From the NCBI GenBank assembly GCA_964245045.1, contig CAXTLD010000007.1, positions 1,971-65,970 of the forward strand: a stretch of DNA of 64,000 nt, in the 5' to 3' direction. This document shows, piece after piece, positions 19,168 to 28,538 of this stretch; the stretch's first letter is position 1; every line of letters starts with the position of its first letter. Both the position numbers and the translations under genes were made by a program. The DNA comes from an uncultured Acidobacteriaceae bacterium. Lineage in GTDB: Bacteria > Acidobacteriota > Terriglobia > Terriglobales > Acidobacteriaceae. The notes under the pieces were generated by a model. It saw only the letters and a program-made list of their open reading frames with translations, searched no databases and had not been told where the DNA came from.

Positions 19168-20037
19168 TCAGCGCTGCACCTGTTCCAGCTGTTGGAGAGC
19201 GGTCTGGAGGTCGGGTGCGGTGGATCGGTGCCAGTCGGTTTTTACCTCGTCCTGCTGCTGGCCGATCGTCTTGAACAGCAGCGCGTGTCCGCTGATGTGG
19301 ATGTGCGTCTCCGCAATCTGCCACTTGCCCGGGGCGAGCTGCCGCCGCTGCACATGGAAGGTGCCGCCCTTGTCGATCTTGCCAAACACGCCGAAACCAA
19401 ACTTCACATCGTCGGTGAGCGTGCCGCGCAGTAGCTGGATACGATTGCCCTCGCGGGCGATCACCATCTGCCCAGCTAGAACCCCGAGTACTTTGGATTG
19501 CGCGTCTGGGGGATGGAATCCCGGGTCCGGTCGGAAGTTGAGTGTGATGGCCTGTGGCGTCTCGCTGACAGGCGTCCAGAGGAAGGCAACGGGCAGCATG
19601 GAAAGGAACTCGCGGGCTTGCGCCCCGTCCGCCTCGGCTGTCTTGCGACTGTGCGCCTGCTCCTCCGGGCTGTTGACGAACTCACGAAGGCGGTCGAGCT
19701 CTTTGGTCGCGGCCGCCCCCTGGAGCGGCGTTCCGTTCAGCGTCAGCATGCGCCTGAGATCGCCATGCGGCGTCTCGATAACCTCGTAGACGGCGTCTTT
19801 GCCGGGCTCGACATCGTGGTCCCGGTACGCCCAGGGGCTGCGGTCCGTTGCGCTGGCGTGTAGCTCGGCGGCCACGGCCAGCTTGACCGCGGCTACGGCC
19901 GCAGGGTTGGAGGCTTCGGCCCTGGCCGCTGGCGCAACAAGGAGGACGCTGGCGAACGCGCCCAACAGGGCGAACGTACGGCCGAAGGACGCATCGGGGA
20001 GCAAGGGTGCAACGCGACGCAAAAAAGGAGCCCGCAT
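19168..20037 (-). CDS. Exported hypothetical protein (possible LolA/RseB-like beta fold)
   Basis: Signal peptide, F.PDP.F.PP, GTL..DVKFGFG..GK..KGG.F, amphipathic beta pattern. Confidence 0.6.
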   Translation of the reverse strand: MRAPFLRRVAPLLPDASFGRTFALLGAFASVLLVAPAARAEASNPAAVAAVKLAVAAELHASATDRSPWAYRDHDVEPGKDAVYEVIETPHGDLRRMLTLNGTPLQGAAATKELDRLREFVNSPEEQAHSRKTAEADGAQAREFLSMLPVAFLWTPVSETPQAITLNFRPDPGFHPPDAQSKVLGVLAGQMVIAREGNRIQLLRGTLTDDVKFGFGVFGKIDKGGTFHVQRRQLAPGKWQIAETHIHISGHALLFKTIGQQQDEVKTDWHRSTAPDLQTALQQLEQVQR

Positions 20038-20051
20038 GATGGATATATCGA

Positions 20052-20771
20052 CTACTCCGGCAAAATCTTTACAAAAGAATTTTCTGGAAGCGTTCCGCCG
20101 AGCAAGTGGACGACGCCTTCCCGGACAAAACCACGCAGCATGGTCCGTTCCACCCCGTTAGACGGTGCATCGAGGCTTGCCGGTACAGGCGAAGCGCCGG
20201 TCGCAGAAGGGTAGGGCAGAGCCTTGATCGGCTTGGGGGTGTCGCCCCCGCCCGCCGGCTTGCCCATACCGCGGTCCATGGCTTCGTTCGCAAGCCGGTC
20301 AGCGATCTTGTTCTTGTGCCGAAGGGCGTGGTGGATTTCAAAGCCGGCCAGCTGCGCTATCCGGCGGCGAGCCTCTTCAAAGAGCGGTCGCAGGTCGGGC
20401 GAGTTCACCTTGTACTTGCCTTGGATCTGCTTGACCATCAGCTCGGAGTCTGAGATCACGCGCAGATTGCGATGCCCGTGCGCGACGGCCCAAGCGAGCA
20501 CGGCCAGCAGCCCGGAGTACTCGGCAAAGTTGTTAGTGCGAAAGCCCAGGAACTCGCTGAGCTCGGCCAGCGGGTCGCCGGCCGCGTTTACCACGACGGC
20601 ACCGAAACCGGCCGGGCCGGGGTTGCCGCGTGCGCCACCGTCGCAATGCGCCAGTACCCAATCGTCGGGCAGGGGCGAAAGCTCGGTCGGGACGGCTTTG
20701 GGCCGCGCTGGGTATTTGCGAAAAGCAGGCCGAGGCTTGGCCGACCCGCCGTCTCCAAACAGGGATTCCAT
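20052..20771 (-). CDS. rnhA: Ribonuclease HI with N- and C-terminal extensions
   Basis: CDGGARGNPGPAG, TNNFAEY, SDSELMVKQ, NKIADRLAN: all four acidic catalytic residues present. Confidence 0.9.
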   Translation of the reverse strand: MESLFGDGGSAKPRPAFRKYPARPKAVPTELSPLPDDWVLAHCDGGARGNPGPAGFGAVVVNAAGDPLAELSEFLGFRTNNFAEYSGLLAVLAWAVAHGHRNLRVISDSELMVKQIQGKYKVNSPDLRPLFEEARRRIAQLAGFEIHHALRHKNKIADRLANEAMDRGMGKPAGGGDTPKPIKALPYPSATGASPVPASLDAPSNGVERTMLRGFVREGVVHLLGGTLPENSFVKILPE

Positions 20772-20851
20772 CCAGCCCAGTGTAGCCGCTTGCGCTGCCC
20801 GCTGCCCGAGCCGTCAAGCGGAGACCGCGTCCGCTTGGATCCCAACAACGT

Positions 20852-22075
20852 CTAAGCCGTGGCTATGGTTCCCGCAGAGGTGGACGGCGGCCGAACCACG
20901 AACGGCAGCAGCGCCGAAAGCAGCAACACCACGGAAAGAATGTGCAAGCCGCTGCCGTAGTGCCCGGTGCTCTTGCGGGTGTGCGCGATTAGCAACGGAC
21001 CAAACGCGCTGGCGAAACCCCAGGCCGTCAACATCAGGCCATAGATGGTCCCCGCGAACTTGGGTCCAAAGTAATCCGCCGTAAAGGCCGGCATGGTGCC
21101 AAACCCGCCGCCATAGCAGAGCAGAATCACAAAGGTGACCACGGTGAGTGAAGTCTGCGCATTGATGGTCGGCAGAATCCAGAACAAGGCCGCCTGCAGC
21201 AGAAACATGATGAGAAACACAAACCGTCGCGGCATCAGGTCCGAAACCCAAGCCCAAAAGATGCGTCCCGCGCCGTTGCCGAACGCGACGATACCGATCA
21301 TGCCGGCCGCCACGGCCGCCGTTACGCCGGCAAATTCCTGAAACATGGGCGCTTCCTGCGAAATGATGGAGATGCCGGCCGAGGTGTTCAGGAACAACAA
21401 CAGCCAGAGCGCCCACCACTGCCAGCTCCGCAGCGCTTCGCCGAGGGTAAAGTCGCGTGCGGCCTCAGTCCTTTTGAGCGCGGCCGATGGAGTCCAACCC
21501 TCGGGTCTATAGCCTTCCGGCGGGTTCTCCATGAAGTACCCTGCCGCGACGCACACCACAAGGTAGGCGAGACCCAGGTACAAAAAGGTGGTCAGCACAC
21601 CGACCGTCTTGATCAGGTGCGTGGCAACGGGCGCCGTGATGAGCGCGCCCGCGCCGAAACCGCCCACCGCAATACCCGTCATAAGCCCGCGTTTGTCAGG
21701 AAACCACTTGACCAGCGTCGCGATAGGAATGATATAGCCGAAGCCAAGGCCGATGCCGCCGATGAGGCCGTAGCTCAGATACAACCACCACAGGCCGTGG
21801 TTGGACAGGCTAGCGAGGGCGACGCCGACGCCGTAGAGCAGGCCGCCGGTCATGGCAACGATGCGCGGTCCGCTGCGCCCGCTCCAAAGGCCGCCAAAAA
21901 ATGCGGCAAAGCCCACCACAAAGATCGCGATCGTAAACGTCAGCGTGACCTGTTCGATCGACCAGCCAAACTTGGCGGTCAGGGGCTTGCGAAAGACGCT
22001 CCAAGCGTACACGGCGCCGAGCGCGATCTGCATGACCACCGCGGCAAAGGCGATACCCCAACGTTTTCCACCCAT
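20852..22075 (-). CDS. MFS transporter, oxalate:formate antiporter (OFA) family
   Basis: LGAVYAWSVF..PL, KWFPDKRGLMTGIAVGGFGAG, NGAGRIFWAWVSD, YGGGFGTMPAF. Confidence 0.9.
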   Translation of the reverse strand: MGGKRWGIAFAAVVMQIALGAVYAWSVFRKPLTAKFGWSIEQVTLTFTIAIFVVGFAAFFGGLWSGRSGPRIVAMTGGLLYGVGVALASLSNHGLWWLYLSYGLIGGIGLGFGYIIPIATLVKWFPDKRGLMTGIAVGGFGAGALITAPVATHLIKTVGVLTTFLYLGLAYLVVCVAAGYFMENPPEGYRPEGWTPSAALKRTEAARDFTLGEALRSWQWWALWLLLFLNTSAGISIISQEAPMFQEFAGVTAAVAAGMIGIVAFGNGAGRIFWAWVSDLMPRRFVFLIMFLLQAALFWILPTINAQTSLTVVTFVILLCYGGGFGTMPAFTADYFGPKFAGTIYGLMLTAWGFASAFGPLLIAHTRKSTGHYGSGLHILSVVLLLSALLPFVVRPPSTSAGTIATA

Positions 22076-22330
22076 CTGCTTGATCCTTTTCCCGCAAGAA
22101 AGCGCGCACGCGGCGGGGCTGCCCGCGTTGGATACATTGCAGCCTTCCGGTCGCTGCGTGTGAGTCGGACGGTGCTTGGTTACTGTCGCTCAAACGCATG
22201 TGTTTACGCAACTACACGTTTCGGCATCCCCGTAACACTTCCGTGCCATGACCACAACCTGCTCACCCCTGAGGCGGACGTTCGTCCATACGCTTGTAGC
22301 AACCCCACTGACTCCGGAGTCAGCCCAAGC

Positions 22331-23116
22331 ATGAGCCTTTCCCCCGCAATCGTCCTCCCCGGCGAAACCACCCGCCGTCGCGTCAGTCCCTTTGCGCTCG
22401 GTTTGCAGGAGACCCTTGCCGTCCGCCCGCCTGCCGCGTCGGTAGAATCAGCGGCAGGGAGCATGCCCAAGGCGGCCGCAAAATCCGGAAGCGCCCGCGT
22501 CAAGCTGACCCCGCAGGAGCTGGAAGCGCGCGCCCAACAACGCGCCGAAGACGACGAGCTGATCCGGGCCGCGCAAAAAGGCGACCGTTCCGCCTTCGAT
22601 ACGCTGGTGCGGCGGTACGACCGCAGCGTGCTTCGCCTGGCGCTCCACATGCTCAACAATGAGGAAGACGCCCAGGACGTGCACCAGGAAGCCTTCATCA
22701 AGGCCTATCGGCATCTATCCAACTTCCGCTTCGAATGCTCGTTTTATACCTGGCTGTACCGAATCGTCACCAACCTCTGCCTGGACCAGTTGCGCCGCCG
22801 CAAGAGCCGCCGCGAAGACCCGGGCACCGTGCTGGACGCGGCTGGCGAAGAGATGGACCTGATGGCCAACGTGCAGGACAACCGGGCGACGGCCGATCCG
22901 GACCGGGAACTGGAACGCAAGCACCAACACGCGGCCATCCAAAGCGCCCTGGGCGAACTGACCCCCCGCGAACGGACCGTGTTTGAACTGAAGCACTACC
23001 AGGGCCTGAAGCTGCGAACCATCGGCGAAATGCTGTCGACTACGGAAGAAACGGCAAAGAACACCCTTTTTCGCGCCACGCGCAAGCTCCGCGCGCGCTT
23101 GGCGGAGGTGAGGTAA
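22331..23116 (+). CDS. ECF sigma-70 factor
   Basis: AQKGDRSAFDTLVRRY, DAQDVHQEAFIKAY, FYTWLYRIVTNLC, region 4 TVFELKHYQGLKLRTIGEML...KNTLFRA. Start set at ATG 22331. Confidence 0.92.
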   Translation: MSLSPAIVLPGETTRRRVSPFALGLQETLAVRPPAASVESAAGSMPKAAAKSGSARVKLTPQELEARAQQRAEDDELIRAAQKGDRSAFDTLVRRYDRSVLRLALHMLNNEEDAQDVHQEAFIKAYRHLSNFRFECSFYTWLYRIVTNLCLDQLRRRKSRREDPGTVLDAAGEEMDLMANVQDNRATADPDRELERKHQHAAIQSALGELTPRERTVFELKHYQGLKLRTIGEMLSTTEETAKNTLFRATRKLRARLAEVR

Positions 23117-23240
23117 CAACAGCAAGCAGGATGTAGGAAGCAGGAAGTAAGAACGCCGAGCACGGACACCTAAGCACCAAATGCAGGCAAACGACCTGCA
23201 CCCGCTGCACCTTTTTGAGAGGCCACACGAGGAACACACC

Positions 23241-24215
23241 ATGCAATGCGAGGACGCACAAGAACGCATCGTTTTAGCGCAGTACGGCGAACTGCCCGAC
23301 GAGCATCTGCTGCCGCTCGAACGGCACTTGAACACCTGCGAGGCTTGCCGGCGAGAGTGGAACGCCGTTCTGGCCATGCACGAGACCATGTCGCTGGACC
23401 CGGTCGTGGAGCCGCCGCCGAACCTGCTCGCGGCCTCCCGCATGCGGCTGGATGAGGCACTGGACGCCATGCCGGCGCGGTCGTTTGCACAGCGCCTGGC
23501 GGCCAACGCGCACCGCTGGCTCGGCTTCGTGGCCGGCAGCCCCGCGCTGGCCACCCTTCTGCTGGGGGTCGGTTTTCTGGGCGGCAACGCGCTCACCCGC
23601 TACCAGGTCCATCACACGGTCGCCCGCCCGGGTGCGGTGGTGATCTCGCACCCCACCCAGGGGCAGATCGCCAGCGTCTCCGGCATCCGGCAAACGCCCA
23701 ACTCCGATCTCGTGCAGGTTGACTACAACCGCCTTGTCCCGGAAAGTGTCCAGGGCACGGTAAGCGACCCTGAGATCCGGACCCTGCTGCTGCTCGGCAC
23801 CAAGCTCGCTGCGAACGCCAAAGCCCATGAGACAGCCGTCTCCGTGGTCGCCGCAGAGTGCCGCATCGGACACGCCTGCGGCGACGCGGATGGCGTCGGC
23901 CCGGACTCCAGTGAGCTGCGTCTGGCCTTGGTGAGCAGCTTGCGCTTCGACAAGAGCGCTGCTGTTCGGCTGTCGGCGCTGCATGGGCTCGAGCCCTATG
24001 TCGCTCAGGATATCCACGTGCGGGACGCCGTGCTCGACGCGCTCATGCACGACCGCAGCGAGACCGTTCGCGCGCGCGCCATCTTCATGCTGTCTCCGGT
24101 GGGTGCGGATTCCAGCGTGCGTCAGGCGCTGCGGACCGTCTCCACCGAGGACGTCAACCCCGCCGTGCGCAATGCCTCGTTCCAGGTCTTACAAAGTGCA
24201 TCCGACATCGAGTAA
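23241..24215 (+). CDS. Zinc-binding anti-sigma factor (zf-HC2) with TM helix and periplasmic HEAT repeats
   Basis: MQCEDAQ...RHLNTCEAC HxxxCxxC motif, TM segment, repeated D.S..VR..A HEAT units. Confidence 0.85.
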   Translation: MQCEDAQERIVLAQYGELPDEHLLPLERHLNTCEACRREWNAVLAMHETMSLDPVVEPPPNLLAASRMRLDEALDAMPARSFAQRLAANAHRWLGFVAGSPALATLLLGVGFLGGNALTRYQVHHTVARPGAVVISHPTQGQIASVSGIRQTPNSDLVQVDYNRLVPESVQGTVSDPEIRTLLLLGTKLAANAKAHETAVSVVAAECRIGHACGDADGVGPDSSELRLALVSSLRFDKSAAVRLSALHGLEPYVAQDIHVRDAVLDALMHDRSETVRARAIFMLSPVGADSSVRQALRTVSTEDVNPAVRNASFQVLQSASDIE

Positions 24216-24219
24216 GCCG

Positions 24220-25227
24220 ATGAGGTCCGGGCTAAGTCCTTGTGTGTCAACCCACGCGCAGGCCGCGCGCCTCCGCCGGCAAGCTCTGCTGCTGATCGGC
24301 GTGTTGCTGAGCTTCGCTGGGCCGTCGGTCGCGGCACCGCACCGCTCGGCGATCGCGCACAGCGGCGCCGGGATACATGGCGGTGTCAATCCGCACGCGC
24401 CGGGATACCTCGGCATCGAGTTCCATGACATCCCCGACGAGCAGCTCCGGTCGTTGCGCGTCCCCAACGGTCGCGGCGTCGAGGTGCTCATGGTGGACCA
24501 CGACGGCCCCGCAGGCAAGGCCGGTCTGCGCCCCCACGACATCATCGTGAGCCTGAACGGCCAGGCCCTTGCCGGCGCAGAGGCGCTACGCCGCATGATC
24601 CATGACGCCGGCGCCGGCGTACAAATTGCCTTAACGGTTCTTCGCGGGGGATCGCCCATGTCGCTCACAGCGCTGCTGGCGGATCGCGCCGCCGTGGATC
24701 GGGCGGCGGCGGTTCACCTCGCTGCTCCCGCTCCTCCCGCGCCGGTGGCTGATGCTGAAAACTCCGATGCTCGCGGCTTTGGGGAGCGGTTTGCCGCGCC
24801 CGACCCGCAGCCTTCCGTGCCGGTCGCCCCCCCCCCGTCCGCCCCCGCCACACCGCCGCCCGGCTCGGGCTTTCTCGGCCACATCGTCCACGGCAGCATC
24901 TACACCGGCGCCGTGCTGGACACCATGGAACCCCAGTTGGCCGGCTTCTTTGGCGCGCCGCAGGGTGTAGGGCTGCTGGTGCACTCGGTCCTACCCGGCA
25001 GTCCCGCCGCCACGGCCGGTTTACGCGCGGGCGATGTGATCGTCCGCGCAGACCTGTACACCATGCGCAACAGCGCCGACTGGACCAAGCGCCTCCACGC
25101 CGCCAAGGGCCGCCCTATCACGCTCATCGTGCTTCGCGACCGTCGCGAAATGCCGCTTACGCTCCAGCAAAATCTCAAGCGCCACTCATTGCTGGAGTGG
25201 CCTGCCGCGCTGTCCGTAAACCGCTAA
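24220..25227 (+). CDS. Exported protein with two PDZ domains
   Basis: GYLGI...[19 protein letters not shown] and [24 protein letters not shown], joined by a Pro-rich linker; no trypsin domain seen. Confidence 0.8.
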   Translation: MRSGLSPCVSTHAQAARLRRQALLLIGVLLSFAGPSVAAPHRSAIAHSGAGIHGGVNPHAPGYLGIEFHDIPDEQLRSLRVPNGRGVEVLMVDHDGPAGKAGLRPHDIIVSLNGQALAGAEALRRMIHDAGAGVQIALTVLRGGSPMSLTALLADRAAVDRAAAVHLAAPAPPAPVADAENSDARGFGERFAAPDPQPSVPVAPPPSAPATPPPGSGFLGHIVHGSIYTGAVLDTMEPQLAGFFGAPQGVGLLVHSVLPGSPAATAGLRAGDVIVRADLYTMRNSADWTKRLHAAKGRPITLIVLRDRREMPLTLQQNLKRHSLLEWPAALSVNR

Positions 25228-25261
25228 GCGACCCTAGACGGTCGCCTGCCGCCACTCAGCC

Positions 25262-25690
25262 TTACTTCGCCACCGGCTTGCCTTCCTGCACATAGTTCTT
25301 GTTCCACCCCGGGATCTCCACCACATACGCGCCGGGCTTTTCGATCACGGACTGGCAGCCAAGGCGCGAATTTAACTGCAAACCGGGTGCGAGATCCAGA
25401 CGATCCAGCTCCTTTTCCTCAGCCTCGGAGAGGGCCTTCGCGCCTTCCAGCACAAACAGATGGCAGGTGGTGCAGGCACACACCCCACCGCACGCATGGT
25501 CCAAGAAGACGCCGTAGTTCTCCGCGACGTCCAGAAAGCTCATCGGCTCGCCGTGCCCGTCGTAGGGCAGGGAACCGAACGGAAACTCAACCGTCTTGTT
25601 TTCAGGCTTAAAGGTCACCCGCACTATGTTGGGCGCGGGCGGAACGGAAAGGTCGATCTCGGGCAAAGCTTGCAGTTCGTGTTCGGACAT
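25262..25690 (-). CDS. fdx: 2Fe-2S ferredoxin (ISC type)
   Basis: HACGGVCACTTCH and SRLGCQ. Confidence 0.93.
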   Translation of the reverse strand: MSEHELQALPEIDLSVPPAPNIVRVTFKPENKTVEFPFGSLPYDGHGEPMSFLDVAENYGVFLDHACGGVCACTTCHLFVLEGAKALSEAEEKELDRLDLAPGLQLNSRLGCQSVIEKPGAYVVEIPGWNKNYVQEGKPVAK

Positions 25691-25717
25691 GTCCCTCCCA
25701 GTGTAGTGTGTGCGGCG

Positions 25718-27811
25718 CTAGTCTTCTGTCGACGCGCCCGGCGTCTCCGGATCCGCCTCGGCCGCTACAACGGCATCCGTCGCCCGGGGAGCATCTTCGA
25801 TCTGCGCCGGCGCAAACGGATGCGGCGCCGTCGGCCCCTCGCCCAGGCTTTCGCCGGCCGCCGCCATGGTCTTGCCGCCGATTGCTCCCGTCACCGCGGA
25901 ATCCATCATCAGCTCAGCCAGCCGACGCGTCTTCTTGTCCAACTGCTCAATCGCGTTCCGAATGACGCGATGGTCGTCGCCCGCGATCGACGCCTTCAAC
26001 TCCAGCGCCGCCGCCTTGATCTCCTGGTGCTCAATCGAGGTCAGCTGCTGCCACACAGGCTGCCCCATCGCCTTTTCCACGGCCTCATGGATCGTCTCGG
26101 CTTCGTTTTTGGCCTCGATCACCTGCCGTTCGTGCATGTCCTGCTCCGCCATATCAAAGCTCTCCAGGATCATCGATTCCACTTGCTCGTCGGTGAGGCC
26201 GTAGGTCGGTTTCACCTCGACCTGCGCTTCCGTGCCGCTGCGCTGCTCGCGCGCGCTCACATGAAGGATGCCGTTGGCGTCGATCAGGAACTTGACCTCG
26301 ATGCGCGGCAAACCGGCCATCATCGGCGGGATGCCCTTCAGATCGAAACGCGCCAACGACCGGCAGTCCTTGGCCATCTCTCGTTCACCCTGCAGCACAT
26401 GGATCGCCACGTTCGTCTGCCCATCCACGCCCGTGGTGAAGTGTTCGGTCGCGCTGGCCGGCACGGTCGAGTTCCGCTGGATGATCTTCGCCACCACGCC
26501 CCCCAGCGCCTCAATGCCCAGGCTGAGCGGCGTCACGTCCAGCAGCAAGAGGTCGTCGGTCGCGGCGTTCTCCTGCCCGGAAAGAATCTGCGCCTGCACC
26601 GCCGCGCCGAGTGCAACCACCTCGTCCGGGTTCAGTTCGGTGTGGAGCTTCTTGCCGCGAGCTTCGAGGTTGAACAGCCTGGACACCAGCGCCCGGACCG
26701 CCGGAATGCGGGTCGACCCACCCACAATCACAACTTCCTCGATGTCCTCAGGCGTCAGCTGCGCATCCTTTAGCGCCTGCCGCACCGGCCCGGCGGTTCG
26801 CTCGATCACCGGCGCAATCAGCTGCTCAAACTGCTGCCGAGAGATCTCCCGCAAGTAGCTCCTGCTGTCGTTATCGCCTCTTTGGTTGTCACTCCCGATT
26901 TGTTTGTCATTCCCGAAGGGAATCTGCGTTCCTTCAGCGCCGCCCGAAATCTCCAAGGCAATCCGCGCGGTCTCCCCCGAACTCAACGCAATTTTCGCCT
27001 CGATCACCGCCTGCCGCAGCGCCTGCACCACCTCCGGTTGCCCGCTTACATCCACGCCGAGGTCACCCCGGATGTCGTCCAGCGCCACGGCCATCAGCAG
27101 GTTATCCAGGTCGTCCCCGCCCAGGTGCGTGTCACCGCCCGTAGCGATCACCTCGAAGATGCCCTCATGCAACTTGAGTATGGAGATGTCAAAGGTGCCC
27201 CCACCGAAGTCATACACGGCGATCACACCATCCGTGCCGCCATGCAGCTTGTCCAGCCCATACGCGAGCGCGGCCGCGGTGGGCTCATTCACCAGCCGCA
27301 GCACCTCCAGACCCGCTATGCGACCGGCGTCCTTAGTAGCCTGGCGCTGCGCGTCGTTGAAGTAGGCCGGCACCGTCACCACCGCCTTGGTCACCGGCGT
27401 TCCAAAGAACCGCTCCGCATTGCGCCGCAACTGCAGCAATACGTAGGCGGAGATCTCGGGCGGCGTCAGCGTCAACCCACCCACGTTCAGCTTCAGCACC
27501 TCGCCGGGCTGCAACCCTTCCGCCAAGTGGAAAGGAAACAGCTTCAACTCGGGCACAACATCGGCTAAGTCGCGCCCCATCAGCCGCTTGATGCTGTACA
27601 CGGCATTCTCCGGGTGGGTCAGCAGTACGTTGCGCGCCGCATTGCCCACGGCGAACCCATGCGCCGTTTCCCCATCGAACGCCACCACGCTCGGCACAAT
27701 GGCGGAGCCGTCTTCACCGGGGATTACGGCCGGCTGATCGCCCTGCATGTACGCCACCAGCGAATTCGTCGTTCCCAGGTCAATGCCAACCACGCGTTCC
27801 AGTTCAGCCAC
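25718..27811 (-). CDS. hscA: Fe-S cluster Hsp70 chaperone HscA
   Basis: [65 protein letters not shown]; upstream of fdx. Start set at GTG 27811. Confidence 0.88.
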   Translation of the reverse strand: MAELERVVGIDLGTTNSLVAYMQGDQPAVIPGEDGSAIVPSVVAFDGETAHGFAVGNAARNVLLTHPENAVYSIKRLMGRDLADVVPELKLFPFHLAEGLQPGEVLKLNVGGLTLTPPEISAYVLLQLRRNAERFFGTPVTKAVVTVPAYFNDAQRQATKDAGRIAGLEVLRLVNEPTAAALAYGLDKLHGGTDGVIAVYDFGGGTFDISILKLHEGIFEVIATGGDTHLGGDDLDNLLMAVALDDIRGDLGVDVSGQPEVVQALRQAVIEAKIALSSGETARIALEISGGAEGTQIPFGNDKQIGSDNQRGDNDSRSYLREISRQQFEQLIAPVIERTAGPVRQALKDAQLTPEDIEEVVIVGGSTRIPAVRALVSRLFNLEARGKKLHTELNPDEVVALGAAVQAQILSGQENAATDDLLLLDVTPLSLGIEALGGVVAKIIQRNSTVPASATEHFTTGVDGQTNVAIHVLQGEREMAKDCRSLARFDLKGIPPMMAGLPRIEVKFLIDANGILHVSAREQRSGTEAQVEVKPTYGLTDEQVESMILESFDMAEQDMHERQVIEAKNEAETIHEAVEKAMGQPVWQQLTSIEHQEIKAAALELKASIAGDDHRVIRNAIEQLDKKTRRLAELMMDSAVTGAIGGKTMAAAGESLGEGPTAPHPFAPAQIEDAPRATDAVVAAEADPETPGASTED
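26863..26927. repeat. Palindromic REP-like element plus degenerate 18-nt tandem units inside hscA
   Basis: ATTCCC-GAA-GGGAAT hairpin at 26909-26923; TTGGTTGTCACTCCCGAT and TTGTTTGTCATTCCCGAA units, encoding [18 protein letters not shown]. Confidence 0.65.
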
Positions 27812-28021
27812 AGCCACTCTCCCCGCCCCGGCGCACGGCCGTGCCACGCGTTTGTCACTTCGAAAAATCGGAGTCCTCTCTACAAGATGCCCGGCGGACG
27901 CCCGGTGATGCTGCCGAACCTTCCTGCCCCACTACGGCCACACACCGCAGCCCGCCCGACCGGCGCACACCCGCGCTTCAGGCCCCATCCGCGGGGTGCG
28001 TTTGGCTGCATCCAACGGCGG

Positions 28022-28531
28022 ATGAGTGAAGAAAAAGCCCGGCCCTATGTCCACCTCCTCGAAGGCCGCGACCCCGCCGAAGTGCTGCGCGCCACGCCCT
28101 CGCGTCTGATCAAGGTACTCACCGCGCTGTCGCCGGAGGCGATCGAATACAAACCCGCGCCCCACAAATGGTCCATCCGCGAGATCCTGTGTCACCTCGC
28201 CGACTGTGAGGTCGCCGCGGCGTGGCGTCTGCGCCAGGTCTACGGCTCCGACAACCCCACCCTGCAGCCCTTCGAGCAGGACGCCTGGGCCCGCGCCTAC
28301 GAGGGCGTCGAGTACACCACAGAGGCGGCCCGCTCCACCTGGATCCCCCTCCGCCGCTGGAATTTGGCCCTGATCGACGGTCTCTCCGAAGCCGACAAAC
28401 ACCGCCCGGCAACCCACCCCGAACTCGGCAATGTCACCCTCTGGACCCTAGTCGAGATCGCCGCCGGCCACGACCTCCACCACATCGACTCGCTCGAGCA
28501 CATCGTCGCGGCAAAAACCGGCACCGACTAG
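28022..28531 (+). CDS. DinB family protein
   Basis: KWSIREILCHLADCE, QPFEQDAWA, AGHDLHH metal-binding His pattern. Confidence 0.88.
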   Translation: MSEEKARPYVHLLEGRDPAEVLRATPSRLIKVLTALSPEAIEYKPAPHKWSIREILCHLADCEVAAAWRLRQVYGSDNPTLQPFEQDAWARAYEGVEYTTEAARSTWIPLRRWNLALIDGLSEADKHRPATHPELGNVTLWTLVEIAAGHDLHHIDSLEHIVAAKTGTD

Positions 28532-28538
28532 GAGCCGC

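Noticed and set aside
21617-22330. Long N-terminal extension of the ECF sigma ORF as given in the ORF track
   Set aside because: It overlaps the OFA transporter on the opposite strand; the sigma-like sequence begins after ATG 22331.
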